From an uncultured delta proteobacterium (GTDB lineage Bacteria > Desulfobacterota > Desulfobacteria > Desulfobacterales > JAFDCJ01): 64,000 nt of DNA. Numbering within the stretch: the stretch's first letter is position 1; the number at the start of each line of letters is the position of its first letter. Both the position numbers and the translations under genes were made by a program. The notes beneath the pieces are model-generated. The model was not told where the DNA came from. It did no database searches and worked only from the letters and a program-made list of their open reading frames with translations. The DNA lies in the NCBI GenBank assembly GCA_963769935.1, contig CAVYNY010000030.1, forward strand, positions 1 through 64,000. The letters run 5' to 3'. Below, piece after piece: positions 58,656 to 64,000 of the stretch.

Positions 58656-61328
58656 TTATATTCGGGGAGACGTTTGAACCCCTGTTGGTTGAGCATTCTT
58701 TTTGTAAGACATCACAATATGGCTTCCCTCTTGTTTCCACCCCACTGATTCGGCCAATCTGTTAACGAGGAATATGCCTCTGCCGGAAAATTTGGTAATA
58801 TTCTCCTCAGCCGTGGGATCGGGGACGTTGTCATAATCAAATCCCCTTCCCTCGTCCAGCACCTCGAGATGAAAGTCGTTGCCGAACCGCCAACGAACGG
58901 TCACGGCTTTATCGGCTGCCTGCCGGTTGCCATGTCTCCAGGCATTCAAGATCGTTTCCTCGCAGGCCGTTCTGAGACGCAACTCGGGAGCCCCATACCC
59001 GCGTTGCAGCCATTCGGGTTTCAGGCGGGCATACACCTGCCCGATAAACCGGCAAACATCATCCTGATCCTGCGGCCGCCAGACCTGCTGCCGATAATTT
59101 CTGCGGTCCTCAACTTCCAGGCCCAGCAATGTTATATCATCACCGGATGAGTTTTTGGCGCCGTTCAAGCTATCAGGCAGGAAAACTTCTTCACCACTTA
59201 ATCCGGAAATCATCCCGAGCATGGCAGACATTATCTCGGAAACCGGGGCTTGCGGATCCCGCTGAACAATTTCGCCGATGATTTTTCTCAGCTCCTGTAT
59301 AGTGATTATTTTTCGGCGTTTCCTAAACGGCATTTCGACTAACCCGTCCGTATAAAAAATCAATCTATCACCCGGTTGGAGTCGGCACTCACCGGCTGAA
59401 AAAGCCCGCCCGGCCATGACGGCCATGGGCAGGTTTGTGCCGGCCCCATGGGGCCGTGGAAGTTCGACAATTTCATTTCCCCGAATCAGAAAAAACGGTG
59501 GATGCCCGCATGAAACATACCTGAAATTAAGGGTCTTATGGTCCAGTTCGGCATTGATTGAGGTACAAAAGTCTTCTTCCTGAAAAAGCCCTGAATGACA
59601 GATTTCATCGTTTAGGCAGGCGGTGACTTCTTCAATTCCCGACCCGTTCTTGTTGTTCAAGACGCCATTGTGAATCAGGTCCGTGAGGATGCTTCGCAAC
59701 ACGCAGCCGACTTCATGCCCGGATTGATCTTTCAGGCTGACTACGGTTTTGCCGTGCCCGTTGGGGTTGCCGGCGGCCAAGCGGCGTACGAAAAAATGGT
59801 CACCGCCGGCGGCGTGGCAGGGCAGAAATGCCGCATCCACAAACAAGGATAGACCATCGCCAATATCCGTGTAGCGCGGCGGAGCGGCGTTGATTACTCC
59901 CAGGATATTTTTGGCCAGATCGATGTTGATTTCCTGTTGCCTTAGAAGCGCTTTGATATCGGATATATCCTGCATGCTTTGCACTATGTAGTCATGGCCT
60001 TTGATTGTTGCCCTGGCGGCCGACCGCCTGACCTGAATCGCACCGCGGTTGAGAGTTCGCAGAACACAGTCATCAATCTCGGCCCTTTCACACGGTTCCG
60101 GCCGGGGACACAATCCCAGAACCCTCAGGCACATGTGTTCATGGCAGTCGCGTCCCAGAAGCTCGTATACCTCGCATCCGAACATGGCGGCAACATAAGG
60201 ATTCGCATCAACAATTTTGCTGGTTTTAGGATCAATGATCATTACGCCCGTTTGAATTGTTTTCATAACAGTGCGCAGGTATTCTTCGTTTTCTCGGAGG
60301 GCATCTTCGGCTCGTTTGCGGGCGGTGACGTCGTTTATGAAAGAAAGAGCCGCCGGCCTGCCTTCCCAATCGACCCGGATGGTGTTGACCTCGGCCCATC
60401 GCTCATGGCCGAGTTTATCGACTATCCGCGTCTGGTAAATATTGGAGACATCTTCTCCCTGCATTCTCTTGCGGTGGCGTTGCAGGACTGTTGCGCGATC
60501 AGCCGAGTGTATAAACTCAAAAAAAGGCCGGTTTTGCAACTCTTTATCTGAATATCCCCAAACCTCCTGAACTTTGCGGTTGAGAAATTTGATTTTGCCA
60601 TCCTGGATCACGACAATGCTTTCGTTGGCGTTTTCAACAACCAGCCTGTTTTTACGCTCACTTTCCTGTAAGGCCGTTTCCGCCCGTCTTTGGGCTGTAA
60701 TGGTTTTGTTGACGTTAACCGCCAGCAGAATATTTAAAATAAAAAGAGCGCCGACAAATGCAAACAGATATGAAAACGACTGCCGGAACAACCTGTTTAG
60801 CCGCTTTTGACGGTCGGTAATGTCATAATGAAACTCAAAAGCACCTAGAAATCGGCCAGTGCTCATAAGCGGCACAAATACTTCAACGATATCATCAGTA
60901 GCGACCCGTTCGTCCGCCGACCGGGTTTGTGGGTGCACTTCTTCGGAGTGAACCCGGCCTTTGGCCACGGTGGTGTGGAAATAGTTGCTATCGTTCTTCA
61001 ACCCGATATCTTCAGGGGCGGTGGAATAGATAACCTCCCTGGCTGGCGATAAGATTCGAACTTTCTCGAGCTTAAAGTCTCTCTTGATTATGAAGATCTC
61101 TTTTGTAAGATCCTCTGAAACCATTAATTCCTCTTGGCCGGCAGCTTCCCGCACTGCAATACTTCTTAAATGTTGCGCTGTGCGGATGGCCTCGTTCTCG
61201 ACGTTTTGAGTCTGCAGCTTGCTGAACGCCGGATAAATAATGACAAAGAAAAATAATGGCAAACCGATAATTAAAGCCAAAGAAATGAGCACGACATTTT
61301 TTAATAATTTTATTTTAAAGCGATACAT
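58656..61328 (-). CDS. Membrane sensor: PAS-PAS-SpoIIE(PP2C)-RsbW-like HATPase fusion
   Basis: 2 TM; PAS; GGDH, DQSGH, YTDGL, DDITL; ETILNAWRHGN, DEGRGF, GRGI. Confidence 0.85.
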   Translation of the reverse strand: MYRFKIKLLKNVVLISLALIIGLPLFFFVIIYPAFSKLQTQNVENEAIRTAQHLRSIAVREAAGQEELMVSEDLTKEIFIIKRDFKLEKVRILSPAREVIYSTAPEDIGLKNDSNYFHTTVAKGRVHSEEVHPQTRSADERVATDDIVEVFVPLMSTGRFLGAFEFHYDITDRQKRLNRLFRQSFSYLFAFVGALFILNILLAVNVNKTITAQRRAETALQESERKNRLVVENANESIVVIQDGKIKFLNRKVQEVWGYSDKELQNRPFFEFIHSADRATVLQRHRKRMQGEDVSNIYQTRIVDKLGHERWAEVNTIRVDWEGRPAALSFINDVTARKRAEDALRENEEYLRTVMKTIQTGVMIIDPKTSKIVDANPYVAAMFGCEVYELLGRDCHEHMCLRVLGLCPRPEPCERAEIDDCVLRTLNRGAIQVRRSAARATIKGHDYIVQSMQDISDIKALLRQQEINIDLAKNILGVINAAPPRYTDIGDGLSLFVDAAFLPCHAAGGDHFFVRRLAAGNPNGHGKTVVSLKDQSGHEVGCVLRSILTDLIHNGVLNNKNGSGIEEVTACLNDEICHSGLFQEEDFCTSINAELDHKTLNFRYVSCGHPPFFLIRGNEIVELPRPHGAGTNLPMAVMAGRAFSAGECRLQPGDRLIFYTDGLVEMPFRKRRKIITIQELRKIIGEIVQRDPQAPVSEIMSAMLGMISGLSGEEVFLPDSLNGAKNSSGDDITLLGLEVEDRRNYRQQVWRPQDQDDVCRFIGQVYARLKPEWLQRGYGAPELRLRTACEETILNAWRHGNRQAADKAVTVRWRFGNDFHLEVLDEGRGFDYDNVPDPTAEENITKFSGRGIFLVNRLAESVGWKQEGSHIVMSYKKNAQPTGVQTSPRI

Positions 61329-61351
61329 AAAAGCCGCTCAATCGCATGAAT

Positions 61352-62881
61352 TCAGATGTCTAAAATGACCTTGCGCCGCCTTTGGGGCATTTTTCCAGCG
61401 GTGGTTAATTTGGTCCCGCTGCGGGTATGGATCGCCGGCCCGGCAGTGACGGTCCGGCCTTCAATTAAGCCGACCAGGTCGCGGACAACCCCCTGCATGG
61501 TTTCGGCCTGGGCCGAAAGTTCCTCGGCCGCCGAAGCGGATTCCTCGGAGGTGGCCGCATTTTGCTGGGTAATCTGCTCAATCCGGCCGGCGGCTGTGCT
61601 GACCTGTTCGATTCCCCTGGAATGCTCACTGCTGGCCGTTGTGATCGCAGCGGTTTTTTCACCCATTACAGTGGCCGATTCGATAATGCCTTCAAAGTCG
61701 GAGTTGACCTCCTTGATGGCGTCGGCGGACTCACTGACCCGCTTGATGGTTGCGTCCAACAACTCCTGAGTGTTTTTGGCGGCCTCCGTGGCCCGGATGG
61801 CCAGATTCCTGACCTCGTCGGCCACCACGGCAAAACCGGCCCCTGCTTCCCCGGCACGAGCCGCCTCCACGGCCGCGTTGAGAGCCAGCAGATTGGTCTG
61901 GAAGGCAATCTCATCGATGGTCTTGATGATTTGGCCGATCCGGCCGCTGTCGGCCTCGATTTGAGCCATCTTGCGGGTCAGGTCTATGAGGGACTTTAAG
62001 GACTGGGCGGATTTTTCGATATTTTCATTCATCAGTTGCCCTGCTCCCCGGGTCAGCTCCGTCGTCTCTTTGCTCGTGGCCGCCATCTCTTCCAGGGCGG
62101 AAACCGTCTCCTGCAGGGAGGCTGCCTGCTCCGATGAGCCTTGGGCCAACGACTGGCTGGATTGGGATACCTGGGCGGCGGTCGAAGCTATCTGCTCGAC
62201 GCCCAGGTCGAGGTCCTCGATGACCTGGTTGATGGGCCCGGCAATTGACCGCGACATTAAATATGATACCAGCAGACCGCCGGCGGCGATGATGGCAATT
62301 AAAACGAAAATAAGCCGGTACGTATGGGCCAACTCCTTTTCAACATCATCGATATATATCCCTGAGCCGATGATCCATTTCCATTGCGGAATCAGCTTTA
62401 CATAAGAAATTTTAGGAACCGGTTTGGCTTCACCCGGTTTCGGCCAGTAGTAATCCACAAAGCCGGCGCCATCCTTGCTGCAGACCTTGACCATTTCCAC
62501 AAACAGCCGCTTGCCATTGGGGTCCTTATTGTCGGTCAAATCCTTTCCATCCAATTCCGGTTTTAAAGGGTGCATAACCATTTTAGGGGTCATGTCATTG
62601 AGCCAGAAATAATCGTTATGCTCATAGCGCATATTTTTAATGGCTGCTCTGGCTCCGGCCTGGGCCTTTTCCAGGGTCATGGTGTTGGATTCTGCCTGTT
62701 TGACATAATATTCCAACACACCCCAGGCCGCCTCCACCAAATTTCTCGTTTTTAAATACCTGGCGTCATACATGTTTTGCTTTAATTTCGGATATAACCA
62801 TAAAAAAATCAGTGCAAAACAGATCGTGATAACAATTCCCAGGGAGAGTATCTTCGTTGAGAGTTTAAATTTGGGGGACAT
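61352..62881 (-). CDS. Methyl-accepting chemotaxis protein with single Cache domain
   Basis: [48 protein letters not shown]. Confidence 0.93.
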   Translation of the reverse strand: MSPKFKLSTKILSLGIVITICFALIFLWLYPKLKQNMYDARYLKTRNLVEAAWGVLEYYVKQAESNTMTLEKAQAGARAAIKNMRYEHNDYFWLNDMTPKMVMHPLKPELDGKDLTDNKDPNGKRLFVEMVKVCSKDGAGFVDYYWPKPGEAKPVPKISYVKLIPQWKWIIGSGIYIDDVEKELAHTYRLIFVLIAIIAAGGLLVSYLMSRSIAGPINQVIEDLDLGVEQIASTAAQVSQSSQSLAQGSSEQAASLQETVSALEEMAATSKETTELTRGAGQLMNENIEKSAQSLKSLIDLTRKMAQIEADSGRIGQIIKTIDEIAFQTNLLALNAAVEAARAGEAGAGFAVVADEVRNLAIRATEAAKNTQELLDATIKRVSESADAIKEVNSDFEGIIESATVMGEKTAAITTASSEHSRGIEQVSTAAGRIEQITQQNAATSEESASAAEELSAQAETMQGVVRDLVGLIEGRTVTAGPAIHTRSGTKLTTAGKMPQRRRKVILDI

Positions 62882-63072
62882 TGAATTTTCCTTTTATAAA
62901 ATTACTGGAATTGAAATAAATAATCAGGCAACAAATATGTATCGGCTTTAAGTCCTTATTCTTTAATCGGAAAATGTCCAAAAACTTGAGAACCTTGCTA
63001 AGATACTTATATTGGGCAGTAGCGAAAGCATAAACGGGTTGTAATCGATGATTTTTGCAAAAGGATATAAAA

Positions 63073-63597
63073 ATGAAACTACCGGACATTCAAATCAAAA
63101 AAATCCTGTATGCCACCGATCTATCGGAAGCTGCTGTCCACGCCTTTGCTTATGCCGCAAACCTTGCCAACACGTACGGTGCCGGCATTACAATTCTGCA
63201 TGTGATTGCCGAAATCCAAGGGGAAGAATTTATATTGAACATGATCGACAGCGACACCTGGAGCGAGATCAAACGGCGTCATTATTCCGAAGCCAGGGAA
63301 ATACTGAGAGGCAATAAAAGAGATCATGTCGCCATAAAGGAAGTTCTCCAGGCATTTTCCGAGGGAGTAAAGGCCAATGCGGAAAATCAGACCTTTGTTA
63401 CCGACGAAATTTTAATCGAATCCGGCACCCCCGCCGAAACTATTGTGCAAACTGCGCAGAAACAGCATTGTGATCTGATCGTCATGGGCACCCACGGCCA
63501 CGGCATCATCGCCGATGTCCTGATGGGCAGCACCGCCAAATGGGTGATCAAACATTCGCCAATCCCGGTTTTGATCGTGCGATTGCCCAAGGAGTGA
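63073..63597 (+). CDS. Universal stress protein
   Basis: KKILYATDLS, ILHV, DLIVMGTHG, MGSTA, PVLIV. Confidence 0.93.
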   Translation: MKLPDIQIKKILYATDLSEAAVHAFAYAANLANTYGAGITILHVIAEIQGEEFILNMIDSDTWSEIKRRHYSEAREILRGNKRDHVAIKEVLQAFSEGVKANAENQTFVTDEILIESGTPAETIVQTAQKQHCDLIVMGTHGHGIIADVLMGSTAKWVIKHSPIPVLIVRLPKE

Positions 63598-63667
63598 AAA
63601 AGCCGAGTACAGAGTGCCATCGGAATGAAGAATATCATCCCGCAGGGGTTGGTGCTAACGTAGTAGG

Positions 63668-63723
63668 CATATGAGCGCGTCCGCTGGCCTGAAAAACGGC
63701 CAGTCAGACCAATCAAGGAGACT
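63668..63723. repeat. Fourth, degenerate copy of the GGCC-N-GGCC element end
   Basis: catatgagcgcgtccgctggcctgaaaaacggccagtcagaccaatcaaggagact resembles 11754-11802 and 13501-13550. Confidence 0.6.
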
Positions 63724-64000
63724 TTGTTAGATGTCGGCACCGAGTCTGTAAGGTCCTCTATGGTTGAGCGGTTTATGAAACGCGATATATTGCGCGGGTC
63801 AGTTGCTCATCAGTGGTTAAAAACCAAATCCCACCGAGCATGGATTCGGTTCTGACCCACACCTGAAAAGGTTTCACAGTTGAACCAGCTCGAATCATAT
63901 GGCACGGGAGGAAATTTCCGTGAGCCTGGCTCCCCGCCGTTGTTCTGGTCTCCCCTCGGCAGAATCCCAAGACTTCATCCGCCCAGATAAAGCCGCTGGA

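Noticed and set aside
63773..64000. Gene or ncRNA at the right edge
   Set aside because: The 65-aa ORF has no recognisable motif. Another minus frame ends QRLYLGG* and could be the tail of an ABC ATPase outside the window, but it is too short to call.

Overview
Bacterial chromosomal window, most likely a Desulfobacterales-like deltaproteobacterium (inferred from gene content and protein architectures; no search was run). 0-4 kb: an esterase plus two ATP-grasp paralogues. 4.6-32.5 kb: core genes. On the minus strand: pilC, pilS, lysS, lolC/E, lolD, bamA, skp, lpxD, fabZ, lpxA, gnnA-like, lpxB, msbA, lptF, lptG, lpxK. On the plus strand: a DHH-CBS tRNA nucleotidyltransferase, trpS, scpA, scpB and tRNA-Val(CAC). 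32.6-64 kb is more accessory. It holds a DUF6502/DUF5666/DUF4382-like operon behind a perfect 22-bp palindrome, a Zn-ribbon-PilZ protein, a hybrid histidine kinase, ParA plus a small RHH-like partner, a Nudix-like protein, a NEW3/ABC module and a groESL copy. It also holds a glutamate dehydrogenase homologue lacking its catalytic Lys, a C39-like protein, gntK-like and 2-hydroxyacid dehydrogenase genes, dinB, glgP, an MCP-SpoIIE/kinase-STAS module and a USP. Most notable: (1) many intergenic gaps are built from several families of degenerate 7-9-nt tandem repeats and miniature inverted-repeat elements nested in one another, with conserved module order between distant loci and no transposase in the window; (2) the apparent pseudo-GDH; (3) the uncharacterised HTH/lipoprotein operon with a candidate operator. 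Family names come from motif recognition by eye.
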